From Candidatus Micrarchaeia archaeon (GTDB lineage: Archaea; Micrarchaeota; Micrarchaeia; Micrarchaeales; Micrarchaeaceae), in the NCBI GenBank assembly GCA_049964795.1, contig JBMFWY010000008.1:1-39466 (forward strand): DNA of 39,466 bases, read 5' to 3'. A program made the translations under genes and the position numbers. Shown in pieces: positions 9,945 through 19,304 of this stretch (within the stretch, counting starts at the first letter, position 1; every line of letters begins with the position of its first letter). A model generated the notes under the pieces. That model saw only the letters and a list, made by a program, of their open reading frames with translations. It made no database searches and was not told the origin of the DNA.

Positions 9945-10985
9945 CTATTCCCAATATAAAGTCTTATACTCAGCTTTGGTGTCAATATTTCTCACGGGCA
10001 ATCTCCCTATAAGCACCTTGTCTACTACGCCATGAAAGAGCTTGATCTTAAAATCCTTGAACAAATTCTTGTGATACAGTATATCGTGGATTCGCGCAGA
10101 CTCCTCGCTGTCAAATGCGCCCATCGTGAAGAAATCATAGCTGCCAATCAAAGGCGCGGTAATTAGATACCTGCTAATGAACGGTTCTAAATCATCGTCT
10201 ACGAAAGCCTTCCTTGCTTCTGCCGAAGCGGCTTCGTATCCCTCTTTGACTGAATAGCTTGCAAAGAAGGTCATTATGGTTACGTCTTTTGGCACATCCA
10301 TCAGAAACGTGAACCTTTTGATATAATCCTTTTTTAGCAACCTATTAAAGTTGTACGCTACGGTATTGAAATGCATGCCCATCGCTTTGGAGAGTTGGGC
10401 AAAGCTTATCCTCGAGTTTTCGTTTAACATTGCAAGCATTTTTTTGTAGCGTTCCGAAATTTCGCATTTTTGTATTATTTCGTTGCGCAGCGGGAAAAAA
10501 CCCAATTGTTTGTGAACAACTTCCGAAGTTCGCCAAACTGCGTCATATTCTGAGAGGCGTATTCTTGTTTTTTTGTCCCATTTCGCATAGTCGAAATTTG
10601 AAAAGTAGTTGGAGTATATAAGAAGGTCATAATCGCCTTTTATTGTTGCTACTAGCTGAGGTATCTCAGATTCGGAAAAGATTTCTTTTATTTTTTCAAG
10701 ATCGGGCACTTTTGCGAATTTAACCAAAGTAAGATGAGGGCTTGTAAGCTTAAGGGCCTGCTCGCTAAATTCCGGGACGAATTTTGCATTGTATTCCTTT
10801 TCAAGCTGTTTTATCTTATCCGCAACTGTTTTCCTTGACACGCCAAGTTTGGAGGATATTTCTGAAATATTTGCGCGGGAGTTCTCGGAAAGCATGCGTG
10901 TAACTTTTTTAAGCAATGGATTGCGCACGTAGTTGAAGGAGCTGCGAACATGATAGTCTATGCTTCTTGAACCCCTCTTTGCCAT
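9945..10985 (-). CDS. Lrp/AsnC-family regulator with two tandem HTH + ligand-binding modules
   Basis: Two HTHs (ENSRANISEISSKLGVSRKTV; ENSRISFAQLSKAMGMHFNTV), each followed by a GDYDL/GSYDF AsnC-type motif. Start placed at ATG 10985. Confidence 0.85.
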   Translation of the reverse strand: MAKRGSRSIDYHVRSSFNYVRNPLLKKVTRMLSENSRANISEISSKLGVSRKTVADKIKQLEKEYNAKFVPEFSEQALKLTSPHLTLVKFAKVPDLEKIKEIFSESEIPQLVATIKGDYDLLIYSNYFSNFDYAKWDKKTRIRLSEYDAVWRTSEVVHKQLGFFPLRNEIIQKCEISERYKKMLAMLNENSRISFAQLSKAMGMHFNTVAYNFNRLLKKDYIKRFTFLMDVPKDVTIMTFFASYSVKEGYEAASAEARKAFVDDDLEPFISRYLITAPLIGSYDFFTMGAFDSEESARIHDILYHKNLFKDFKIKLFHGVVDKVLIGRLPVRNIDTKAEYKTLYWE

Positions 10986-11150
10986 AGGCGCGTTTCCATA
11001 GGTCTTTGCCAATCTATCACCCAAACCCTGCTTGCTGCTATACTTATCAAAATAACAACATAATATTGTAATAATTTCTTATTTTGGAAGATTTAAATTA
11101 ATTTCCCAGTATATAAGTTATAGAAGTAAATGCAAATTTGCTGATGAGGT

Positions 11151-12416
11151 GTGCTTGTGGAGATAAAGACTCTTGCAAATATCTATCTTGTCGCTGCTTT
11201 GCTCACAGGCGCAGTTGTGCCTATCGCGCTTGATGTTGGTGCGAATAATATAAGCATATCGGAATTTCTTTTCATGGCCTATATGCTTGCAATGCCCACC
11301 TCGCTTGTATTTGTTCTCGCTAGGGGAAAGAAGGATACGCTGGCAGGTTTAATAAAAGACAGGAAGGATCTTGCAATAGTCATGGGTATAGGGCTGTTGA
11401 ATTATATCTCTTTTGAATACGGTATCGCCTTTGTTGAAAAATTCATAGGCGCGGCTCTTGCTACTGCTGTTTACAGATCCTACCCTATACTTATGTTTCT
11501 CTTTATTCCAATAATTTTGCGCGAAAAAATTACAGTAAAACAAATCGCGGCGTTGGGATTGACCTTCCTGGGCTTCTTTGCTGCATTCTTGTTTGGAGGG
11601 TTGCAGCTGTCTTACTCGAATATTTCTATAATAGGGTTGGTACTGCTTATCGCAATAGCAAGTGCGCTTGCAACCACGTTGACCAAACGCTATGTGTTTG
11701 ACATGGAGAGCACAATGCTGATTTTCAATGTTGCCGGCTTCTTGTTCTTCGCGATTCTGTTCCTCTCCCAACTGGAAAGCGCAGGATTTGTCATGCCAAA
11801 TGAATTGTCGTGGATCGCAATACTTTACGTTGGTATAGTGTACAATGTCTTTACCGGCTTCATGTACTATGGCGCTTTGAGAATGAAAAAAACCACAGTA
11901 GTAACCAACTTCTATTTTCTATCGCCCTTTATTACCTTTGTCTTCGCCTTCCTTTTGCTAGGAGAGGCAATAAAGTGGTATTACCTGCTCATAGCATTAT
12001 TCGTTGCGATAGGACTTATTATACAGCATATCGACCTTGAAGGAGGCAAATACATTAGCAGGAGCAAGAAGCGGACCAACTTTATGATATATGATGTAAC
12101 TAGCGCTTTTGTAAATACCAGGAACAGCTTAATGTACAACACGCTCAAGGGATCCGGCAGAGTCCTTGCAGTAAAAGTGGAAAGCGGCTGGTACAGCAGA
12201 CTAAACAACCTAATAGAAGAAGCGAAGGGAACAGATTACAGCAAAAAACTTATAATATGCGCGGACTATGATAAGGAAAATATCAACGATGAGGAAAGGA
12301 AGTTTGTGAGGGATATAATGGGAATAAAAGAGGGCGAAGGGGCACTCATAAGCGCAGGACACCCAGAACATATAGAGAACTTTTTTTCAGAATTTGTTGA
12401 TAAGTACAAGGCATAA
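11151..12416 (+). CDS. EamA/DMT-family transporter with a C-terminal GAD-like soluble domain
   Basis: About 10 TM helices with duplicated EamA motifs (P.....IILREKIT; SPF.TFVFAFLLLGE.I). The C-terminal ~110 aa align by eye with the GatE GAD insertion domain. Start is GTG 11151 or 11157. Confidence 0.88.
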   Translation: MLVEIKTLANIYLVAALLTGAVVPIALDVGANNISISEFLFMAYMLAMPTSLVFVLARGKKDTLAGLIKDRKDLAIVMGIGLLNYISFEYGIAFVEKFIGAALATAVYRSYPILMFLFIPIILREKITVKQIAALGLTFLGFFAAFLFGGLQLSYSNISIIGLVLLIAIASALATTLTKRYVFDMESTMLIFNVAGFLFFAILFLSQLESAGFVMPNELSWIAILYVGIVYNVFTGFMYYGALRMKKTTVVTNFYFLSPFITFVFAFLLLGEAIKWYYLLIALFVAIGLIIQHIDLEGGKYISRSKKRTNFMIYDVTSAFVNTRNSLMYNTLKGSGRVLAVKVESGWYSRLNNLIEEAKGTDYSKKLIICADYDKENINDEERKFVRDIMGIKEGEGALISAGHPEHIENFFSEFVDKYKA

Positions 12417-12451
12417 AGAGCCTAAACATAACATAGAAGCGGGAGATAAGC

Positions 12452-13129
12452 ATGAAGCTTAACGTATTTGGCAGGAAAAAATGGGCTTCTATAACGCAGA
12501 TAAACCTTAAATATAACGGCGAGATACATAGCACCGAAGGAGTGGAAGCGAAGGGGAGGGTGTTTACTGTCACTGTGCCTTTTACAAACAGGCGCTATTC
12601 AAATGCGCTTGTTGATGCAGGAATAATAAAAGCGGGAGATTTTGAGCCGGTGAAGATAAAAAGCATAAACGCTCTGCCGCCCTTTAAGGTAATATCAATA
12701 GAACCGCAACTGCCAAGGGAAATAGGGCTTGAGGAGAGAGTGGAGTTTAAGATAAGCATAGAAGCGCCGGATTATTCCTATTCGGGACCCATGACGCTGG
12801 AATTTGTAGAGCAAAGCAAGGAGCTTGTCCACCTTGAGCTTACTAGCGTTATAGTAAAAGCAATAGGGAAGGAGATTGTTGCCGAATCAAGTATGAATAT
12901 GTTTAATATTCCGAAAAACCAGATTTTCCAGCAGAATATCCAATTCCTGAAGATACTTGACTACGGCACGAAAGTCGAGAGTATAACGGTTGACAAACCT
13001 TTTGAATTCGAAGGCTCCGAACCAAAACTACCATTTTTGATAAATGATGCAAGCAGCTTTGTAGTTTCCCTTTACATAAAAGCACCAGACTCAAACTATG
13101 CCGGCCCCTTGACACTGCACATAATGTAA
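12452..13129 (+). CDS. Hypothetical protein with two repeated beta-rich (Ig-like?) domains
   Basis: Internal repeat: PFKVISIEPQLP...IEAPDYSYSGPMTL vs PFEFEGSEPKLP...IKAPDSNYAGPLTL. Lies 35 bp after the EamA stop. Confidence 0.75.
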   Translation: MKLNVFGRKKWASITQINLKYNGEIHSTEGVEAKGRVFTVTVPFTNRRYSNALVDAGIIKAGDFEPVKIKSINALPPFKVISIEPQLPREIGLEERVEFKISIEAPDYSYSGPMTLEFVEQSKELVHLELTSVIVKAIGKEIVAESSMNMFNIPKNQIFQQNIQFLKILDYGTKVESITVDKPFEFEGSEPKLPFLINDASSFVVSLYIKAPDSNYAGPLTLHIM

Positions 13130-13165
13130 AGCTCGCGAACGCACATTTTTGATTTGCGATAGAGC

Positions 13166-14407
13166 TTAAAAAAGCCGCCTCTGCATTAGCAGGCTTTTCA
13201 AGATAGTGCTGTTCCTTATCCATTCTTTAGGTGGTATTGCAAGCTTTTGCCTTACGTATTCAAACACTTGAGATAGATCTTCCAGCACAGTAGGCTGGGC
13301 ATTAAGTGTCTGGCGCACATGCTCCCTTACATTCCACACACCAACAGGCATTACGTAGCCTTCGTGAGTTTCCCTGAGTATCAAAACCATTGCTTGCTTG
13401 TTCATTTCCTGCAATTTCTCGGTTACGGCAAGGCGAGCCGCATAATAGCATCCACCTATTTCGGCGTATGTCTTCCTGCCCCTGTATCCTTCGTAGGAAG
13501 AGTACATGCTTATTTGGTTGCCGTCGTTCCAGATCGTTTTCGGATACCACGCCTCTATTGATTCATACTGCCAATAGCCTGGGAAAAAGAATATCAGCCA
13601 TCTGTTGTCTAAAGCCGAATTGTAAAAGACCCGTATGGCATCTATAGGTTCCTGGTATTTGACTTCAGAAAGGTTTGCTTTTGAAAGGGTGTCATCCACC
13701 GCGGTAATGCTCCATCTTGTAGGAACAAACTTTCTGGCGTTTTTGAGTCCAAAAACCCCAGCGGAAAAAGCGCGCTGCAGCTTCGAAACAGGAACGCCGC
13801 GCTCGTACAGCTCTTTTAATGAAGTAGTGGCAGTCGCTGCGTCATCGTAATACCTACTCTCTATTTTTTTGTCAGATTTGACATTGTACAATTCAAAATC
13901 TTTCATGACAGCACTTGGGCCAAAAGGTTCCACCTCATCATTAAGAGCAATCTTGACAAATGGCTTGCTTTCAAATTTTACCTCTGCTTCTGCGGGCCTT
14001 TCTGCGATCGCAAGATCGCGCACTTGCTCTTCAAGCCTTCCTTTCTCAACATCGTATACGTTAGATATATGCATTCCCCTAACAAGTTTTGAACGCATTT
14101 CTACTATTTTCTCTATATCCATGTACCTCCATCTCTCTGGAGTGCTCAGCAAAGAGGTATCGCCGAATTCCGGAGGCAGCAATGGACCGATAAAGACTTT
14201 TGGATAATTGTATCTCCCAACAAACAGATCAGTGGGGGAAGAGCCAAGCACTTCAGTACTTCCAATCGAAGAGAGCGTTTTCATTTTGTAGTAATATCTA
14301 AGCAGCGCAGGATCTTTCATGTGCTTGTAAACTATTTCTGACCTTTTTACGCCTGGGGTAGAGGTCTCCAACTCCCTAATCATTTTAAGCCTCTCTAAAG
14401 TCTCCAC
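13166..14407 (-). CDS. nre: Nre-family DNA repair protein
   Basis: GSSP..FVGR..YPKV..GP, FGPSA, VPTRWSITAVD, GGCYYAARLAV, PVGVW.VRE, and a C-terminal PIP-like QRRLF. Confidence 0.93.
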   Translation of the reverse strand: METLERLKMIRELETSTPGVKRSEIVYKHMKDPALLRYYYKMKTLSSIGSTEVLGSSPTDLFVGRYNYPKVFIGPLLPPEFGDTSLLSTPERWRYMDIEKIVEMRSKLVRGMHISNVYDVEKGRLEEQVRDLAIAERPAEAEVKFESKPFVKIALNDEVEPFGPSAVMKDFELYNVKSDKKIESRYYDDAATATTSLKELYERGVPVSKLQRAFSAGVFGLKNARKFVPTRWSITAVDDTLSKANLSEVKYQEPIDAIRVFYNSALDNRWLIFFFPGYWQYESIEAWYPKTIWNDGNQISMYSSYEGYRGRKTYAEIGGCYYAARLAVTEKLQEMNKQAMVLILRETHEGYVMPVGVWNVREHVRQTLNAQPTVLEDLSQVFEYVRQKLAIPPKEWIRNSTILKSLLMQRRLF

Positions 14408-14501
14408 GATGAACAGTTACACGTAAAGATTAATAAAATTGCATATGGCGCATACGGCAAAATTAGAAAAGTTAATAGCTTTTTACAGCCAAGTAAAAAT
14501 T

Positions 14502-15590
14502 ATGGATATCTTAGGTCAAAGACTAAAGAATATATTTGGCGGGGTTGAAGCAGACGCGCTACTGCTATACAACTCCGACAAGGCTGAGAGCAATTTTCTA
14601 TATCTGACCGGCTTTTACGGAGGTGTATTCGAGGATACCGCGCTGGTTGCAACTCCTTTTGAGGTCCATGTTTTCACTTCAAAACTAGAGTATGAAACGG
14701 CTGTGGAGCAATCAATAAGAAACAAACGCATCCATGTGCACCAAATAAGCGATGTTGGAAGCTTTGAAGTGCAGCTTAGGAGGATGCTAGAAGGAAAAAT
14801 AGTTGGGATAGACTATGTGCGCATGCCTTATGCGTATTACAAAAAATTTAAAAATATTGGAAAGGTAAGAAAATTTGTTGATGTAGGTAAAAAGTTTTCT
14901 GAAGCGAGAGCAATAAAAAGCGGCGAAGAAATAGAGCTTATGAAAAAAGCTATAAGTATCACAAAAAAGGCCTTTGGAGAAGTAAGCCAATATTTTGAGG
15001 AGGGGATGAGCGAAGTAGAGCTAGCAGGGAGATTTGAATACCTCCTCAGGGAGAAAGGCTCTGAAGGCCTTGCTTTTGATACAATAGTTTCTTTCGGAAA
15101 AAATGCGGCATTGCCACATCATTCTCCGGACAATACAAAACTGAAGGAAAACGAGATAGTCTTGATAGATGCAGGCGGGAAGTACAAAAATTATTGCGCT
15201 GACATGACAAGGACATTCATATTTAAGGCGGATAAGTCAAGCAAAAGGCATGCCATGATGAAAGAGATGCTGGACGTTGTTGAAAAGGCACATGACGATG
15301 CGCTGGATCTGATGCGTGAAGGCGAGCAGGCATCAAGCGCCCACAACCTTGCAGCTAGCATAATAGACGGCTTTGGAAACGGCAAGTATAAAGGGAGATT
15401 TATCCATTCGCTAGGCCATTCGATAGGGCTTGACGTGCATGACGGGCTTGCAATTTCTTCCAACTCCAAAACAGTGCTCAAGGAGAATATGGTATTCAGT
15501 GATGAGCCAGGCATATACGTGCCTGGATTCGCAGGAGTAAGGATCGAAGACGATGTTCTCATAGGAAAGAGAAGGGGAATCCTGCTTTGA
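14502..15590 (+). CDS. pepQ: Xaa-Pro dipeptidase/aminopeptidase (M24)
   Basis: NFLYLTGF, R.IK..EE, PHH, IDAG..Y..Y.ADMTRT, HSLGHSIGLDVHD, EPGIY and GVRIEDD. Start uncertain (14439-14502). Confidence 0.93.
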   Translation: MDILGQRLKNIFGGVEADALLLYNSDKAESNFLYLTGFYGGVFEDTALVATPFEVHVFTSKLEYETAVEQSIRNKRIHVHQISDVGSFEVQLRRMLEGKIVGIDYVRMPYAYYKKFKNIGKVRKFVDVGKKFSEARAIKSGEEIELMKKAISITKKAFGEVSQYFEEGMSEVELAGRFEYLLREKGSEGLAFDTIVSFGKNAALPHHSPDNTKLKENEIVLIDAGGKYKNYCADMTRTFIFKADKSSKRHAMMKEMLDVVEKAHDDALDLMREGEQASSAHNLAASIIDGFGNGKYKGRFIHSLGHSIGLDVHDGLAISSNSKTVLKENMVFSDEPGIYVPGFAGVRIEDDVLIGKRRGILL

Positions 15591-15607
15591 CTAAGGAGCA
15601 AATGTGC

Positions 15608-17491
15608 TCATTTTTTGTCTTTTTGAAAAAGCCTTTTCAGAAGTTCGTTCAGCTCATTGCCATCCACATTGAGGCGCATCCTTGACATTACTGCCCCTAT
15701 CGCCTCATTGCTGCTTGAAAGATGAGATTCAGCAATAATCTTCTTCACCGCTTCTTCAAGCTGCTTGCCGCTAATCCTTTCGAGCTCCTTAGATTTTATT
15801 AGATCCTCTACTTCTGCATTTGAATCCTTTGACAGCCGCTTAAGGAGTTCCTCCACGCCCTGCTTGGTCACATGCCCTTTGGAGTACTCCGAAAAAACCT
15901 GCACTATTTTTTCGTCGCTTATCGAGTCGACATCGAAGCCGTTCCTCCTCAATTCGGTGAACTTTTGCAGAAGGACATTTGAAACGAATTTGCAATCAGG
16001 ATTAACAATGCTTTGCACAATGAGCTTGTAAAGCGGAAGCTTTGAAGAAAGGGCAAGCATTTCGGCATTTTCTTTTCCTGCCTGCTTTTCTAGAAGGGCA
16101 AGCTCCTTTTCAAAGTCAGGCGCGTTTGCCTCTGCTTTCTTTTTCATCTCCTCCGTTATCTCTACAGGATACAAATCTGTTTCTGGATACATCCTAGAGC
16201 CTCCTGGAAGCGGCCGCAGGAAGCGGGTTGTGCCAAGCTCTGCGTTTAAGACGCCGCGCGTTTCAAGCGGCACGCCCTCCATTGCCTGCCTTGTACGCCT
16301 AATCGCGCTTTCGGCCGCCTTTTTGACATTTTCAGCTTTTCCGGAGATTATGGCAAAGGCATCTTCGCTACCTATAGAAAGCGCAGAACGCACCGCCGAA
16401 AGCTCCTTCTCTTCAAAACCATAAGAGGAAAGGTCTTCGTCGCTGTGTATTATGCCGTTGACTCCATACATCTTGGCATAGTCACTTATCTCGCTGCCTA
16501 GCCTCCTGTCAGGCTGTAATTCTTCCCCTACGATCCCGCGAAACTTCCACATTGCGAATGCCAAAGCGACGCCTCCTACCTTGAGCTGATTTTGTATAAC
16601 CCTTACTTTTGTATTGCTGAGCAAAGAGGTAATATCAACAGCTTCGCCCACGCCCGCTTTTGCTGCTTTAAGCCTTTGGGCTATTTCAACGAGCTTTGCT
16701 TGGCGCCTGACTTCATTTTCTATGAGCAGGTCCATCCTTTCAAGCTCCTGCACACCCTTTATCTCCACTCGCGCGCCGGCCTTTATCGAAACGTTGACGT
16801 CCTGGCGTATCGAACCTATGCCCCTTTGCACTTTGCCTGTAAGGCGCAGTATTGTGCCTATCCTAAGGGCTAGCGCTTTTGCTTCTGAAGGCGAGGAAAT
16901 GCTTGCGTCGGTGTCTATCTCTACAAGCGGGATGCCTATTCGGCTAGTGCTGTATACTGTTTCTCCATCCTTTTTTTCCTCTATGCCTGCGGATTCCTCC
17001 TCCAGCGACATCATCGAGATGGGCACACTCCTGCTGCCTAGTACCACCTTGCCATCGCTGCCTAGCATTATTGTCCTTTGGAATGCGCTGGGATTGCTTC
17101 CATCCACAACGCCTTTCCTCATGGGCTGCAGCTCGTCCACAAGCTTAAGGTCAAAAGCTTTAGCTATTGAAAGCGCTATGTCCAAGGCTTCCATGTTCAG
17201 AGGATGCGGCGGCTCTTCATCGATCTCAACCAAGCAAGCGTTGGAATTGCTTATCTCATACCTGAAAACGCGTTTCTTCTCCTCTTCGAACTTTGCCGCC
17301 CTGTCTATCTCACCCAGCTCTCCGGCGACAGCTCTTTGCGTCCTTGTAATATGATGGTCGAAAGATTCCTCGCCGCTCAAGGTAGCGCTGCACGAACAGA
17401 ACAGCTTCTCGCGGGTCATGAGCCTTTGGTGAATTTCAAGCCCGCATGCAAAGCCCAAAGCCTTGTAATCAATATCTTTGCCGCTTTCCAT
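15608..17491 (-). CDS. gatE: Glutamyl-tRNA(Gln) amidotransferase subunit E
   Basis: GLEIHQ.L...KLFC.C, MRK.VVDGSN.S.FQRT, RGIGSIRQDVNVSI, GAD insertion, RPLPG..RMYPETD; adjacent to gatD. Confidence 0.98.
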   Translation of the reverse strand: MESGKDIDYKALGFACGLEIHQRLMTREKLFCSCSATLSGEESFDHHITRTQRAVAGELGEIDRAAKFEEEKKRVFRYEISNSNACLVEIDEEPPHPLNMEALDIALSIAKAFDLKLVDELQPMRKGVVDGSNPSAFQRTIMLGSDGKVVLGSRSVPISMMSLEEESAGIEEKKDGETVYSTSRIGIPLVEIDTDASISSPSEAKALALRIGTILRLTGKVQRGIGSIRQDVNVSIKAGARVEIKGVQELERMDLLIENEVRRQAKLVEIAQRLKAAKAGVGEAVDITSLLSNTKVRVIQNQLKVGGVALAFAMWKFRGIVGEELQPDRRLGSEISDYAKMYGVNGIIHSDEDLSSYGFEEKELSAVRSALSIGSEDAFAIISGKAENVKKAAESAIRRTRQAMEGVPLETRGVLNAELGTTRFLRPLPGGSRMYPETDLYPVEITEEMKKKAEANAPDFEKELALLEKQAGKENAEMLALSSKLPLYKLIVQSIVNPDCKFVSNVLLQKFTELRRNGFDVDSISDEKIVQVFSEYSKGHVTKQGVEELLKRLSKDSNAEVEDLIKSKELERISGKQLEEAVKKIIAESHLSSSNEAIGAVMSRMRLNVDGNELNELLKRLFQKDKK

Positions 17492-17519
17492 TTTCAACAC
17501 TTTTAAAGCCTTCGAGTCG

Positions 17520-18863
17520 TTATGCAAGGAACTCGTCAAACATGCTCCTGCTTTTTATCTCTCCTGCCATATTTTTGCCCAAAAGATCTCTTGCCTTTTC
17601 CTTTTCGAAATTTGCAAGAAGCCAGCCAAGCTTTACGTATGCAGTTTCAACGTTCATGTCCTCGCAGTATACTACCCCCGCACCGCTCAGCAGCCTCAGG
17701 TTCCTGTATACGCTTGGATTTACCCTTCCATAGACGCATTGGGAGGTCATTCCGACTATGAGCCCTTTCTCCACTGCGTTTTTGAGATGGGGAAGCCATG
17801 ACATGCCCTCATGGCTTATTGATACTGGAGTATGACCTAGGCCTGTGCCTTCGACTATTATGCCGTGGTATCCTTTCTCTACGTAATGGTCTACAATCTC
17901 GGGATCTGAGCCGGGATAGGCCTTTAGAACAGCTACTTTGCTATCGAAATTTGGCAAGACCTCCAGCTTCTCTGATTTCTCCTGCGTAACTTTATAGGAG
18001 CCTTCTCTGTACTTTATTTCTATATCCTCGCCAAGATTTACGCTGGCAAGAGGCAGCTCGTTTATTGGCCTGAAAGCGTCACGACGTGAAGTATGCATCT
18101 TTCTCACTTTTGTGCCGCGGAGAAAAGAGAACTTGCCGTCAGAAGGGCTTGCGTGCATGCATATGCCGACCTCCGCTATGTTGGAGCGGGCTGCCAATGC
18201 CGTAGCGGCTATAAGATTTGTGAATGCGTCACTTGAGCCTCTGTCGCTGCTTCTTTGGGCCCCGGTAAGCACTACCGGCCCGTTTAGCCCTTTAAGCATG
18301 AAGCTCAATGCGGAGGATGTGTAGTGCATTGTGTCTGTGCCGTGCGTTATCACTACGCCGCGGGAACCATCTTCAAAAGCTTTTGCGACGGCATTTGCCA
18401 TTATCCCCCACTCAACTGGGGACATGTCCTCGCTTGCTATGCTCATTAAGTTAACAACACTTATGTCGGCAATACCGGATATCTCTGGAACTTCGTAAAA
18501 AAGTTCTTCTGGCTTCAAAAGCATATATACTCCGCCGGTCTTGTAATCGATCTTGCTGCCGATCGTGCCGCCTGTATATATGAGTGTTACCTTGGGCAGA
18601 CCTTTGCCTTGCTTCAATTTCAGGGTAGGAAAAGAGGCGCTGTTTGACTCACCTTCTCTTATCTTTTCTATTTTTGCCCCTGCCGCCTTTATGCCTATGT
18701 TGTAGCCGTTCTTGAGCTTTATTACCAATATTGAGGGATTCCCCGCTTCGCTGCGAGGCATAAGCTCCCCTTCACCTTCCATGCTGTTCGAGGAGAACCG
18801 TATTACATCGCCTACTTTTATGCCGTTGCGCTTTAACAGTTCTTCTACCTCCGGAGAATACAT
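17520..18863 (-). CDS. gatD: Glutamyl-tRNA(Gln) amidotransferase subunit D
   Basis: N-terminal KLKNGYNIG domain, TGGTI, HGTDTMHYT, GAQRSSDRGSSDA and RKMHTSRRDAF. Confidence 0.98.
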   Translation of the reverse strand: MYSPEVEELLKRNGIKVGDVIRFSSNSMEGEGELMPRSEAGNPSILVIKLKNGYNIGIKAAGAKIEKIREGESNSASFPTLKLKQGKGLPKVTLIYTGGTIGSKIDYKTGGVYMLLKPEELFYEVPEISGIADISVVNLMSIASEDMSPVEWGIMANAVAKAFEDGSRGVVITHGTDTMHYTSSALSFMLKGLNGPVVLTGAQRSSDRGSSDAFTNLIAATALAARSNIAEVGICMHASPSDGKFSFLRGTKVRKMHTSRRDAFRPINELPLASVNLGEDIEIKYREGSYKVTQEKSEKLEVLPNFDSKVAVLKAYPGSDPEIVDHYVEKGYHGIIVEGTGLGHTPVSISHEGMSWLPHLKNAVEKGLIVGMTSQCVYGRVNPSVYRNLRLLSGAGVVYCEDMNVETAYVKLGWLLANFEKEKARDLLGKNMAGEIKSRSMFDEFLA

Positions 18864-18868
18864 TTGAG

Positions 18869-18902
18869 CACCGCGCTGCGGTAAAACCGCAGAGTATATA
18901 AA
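18869..18902 (-). promoter_or_regulatory. gatD promoter region: TATA box, inverted repeat and RBS
   Basis: Minus-strand TTTATATA (18902-18895); perfect inverted repeat CTGCGGT-AAA-ACCGCAG (18876-18892); GCGGTG RBS (18874-18869). Confidence 0.55.
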
Positions 18903-19022
18903 TATTTGCGAGACAATAAATCTACAAACGCTTATGTATCTGGATTAATAAAATTTAATACTTACTGTTTAAAGTTATGCATAAGCTTTTGTTATTTTCA
19001 AGTGTAAGGCCAGGTGTTTTGA

Positions 19023-19238
19023 TTGACATATTTGTGCGAGAGATGCAAACGCGAGATATACAGGTATGACGTATGCAATTATTGCGGGAGGAAGATATGC
19101 AACAGCTGCATAAAAAGCTCCCAAACTTCTACAAAGACAATCCATCTAGTAATCTGCAAAGACTGCTGGACAGACATGGAAAAAAGGAAAATGTACAAGC
19201 ACAAACAGGTTCCTGTGCAGATAGTCGCAAAGGTATAA
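19023..19238 (+). CDS. Small Cys-rich zinc-finger protein
   Basis: Four CxxC pairs (CERC, CNYC, CNSC, CKDC); TTG start after an AGGTG RBS. Confidence 0.8.
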   Translation: MTYLCERCKREIYRYDVCNYCGRKICNSCIKSSQTSTKTIHLVICKDCWTDMEKRKMYKHKQVPVQIVAKV

Positions 19239-19304
19239 CTCAATTTTGGTTTGCTTAGTTTTTCCTTTTCTTAATATTTCTGGTTTACGCGAAATCTGCT
19301 TTTG

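Noticed and set aside
13166-14407. Nre lacks an N-terminal Cys-rich zinc motif
   Set aside because: As I recall, some Nre proteins (e.g. haloarchaeal NreA) also lack it, so it is probably ordinary family variation.
16614-17354. 246-aa plus-strand ORF and similar Ser-rich antisense ORFs (e.g. 20770-21249, 31784-32248, 32973-33392)
   Set aside because: Shadow frames opposite well-supported genes; no motifs or ribosome-binding sites.
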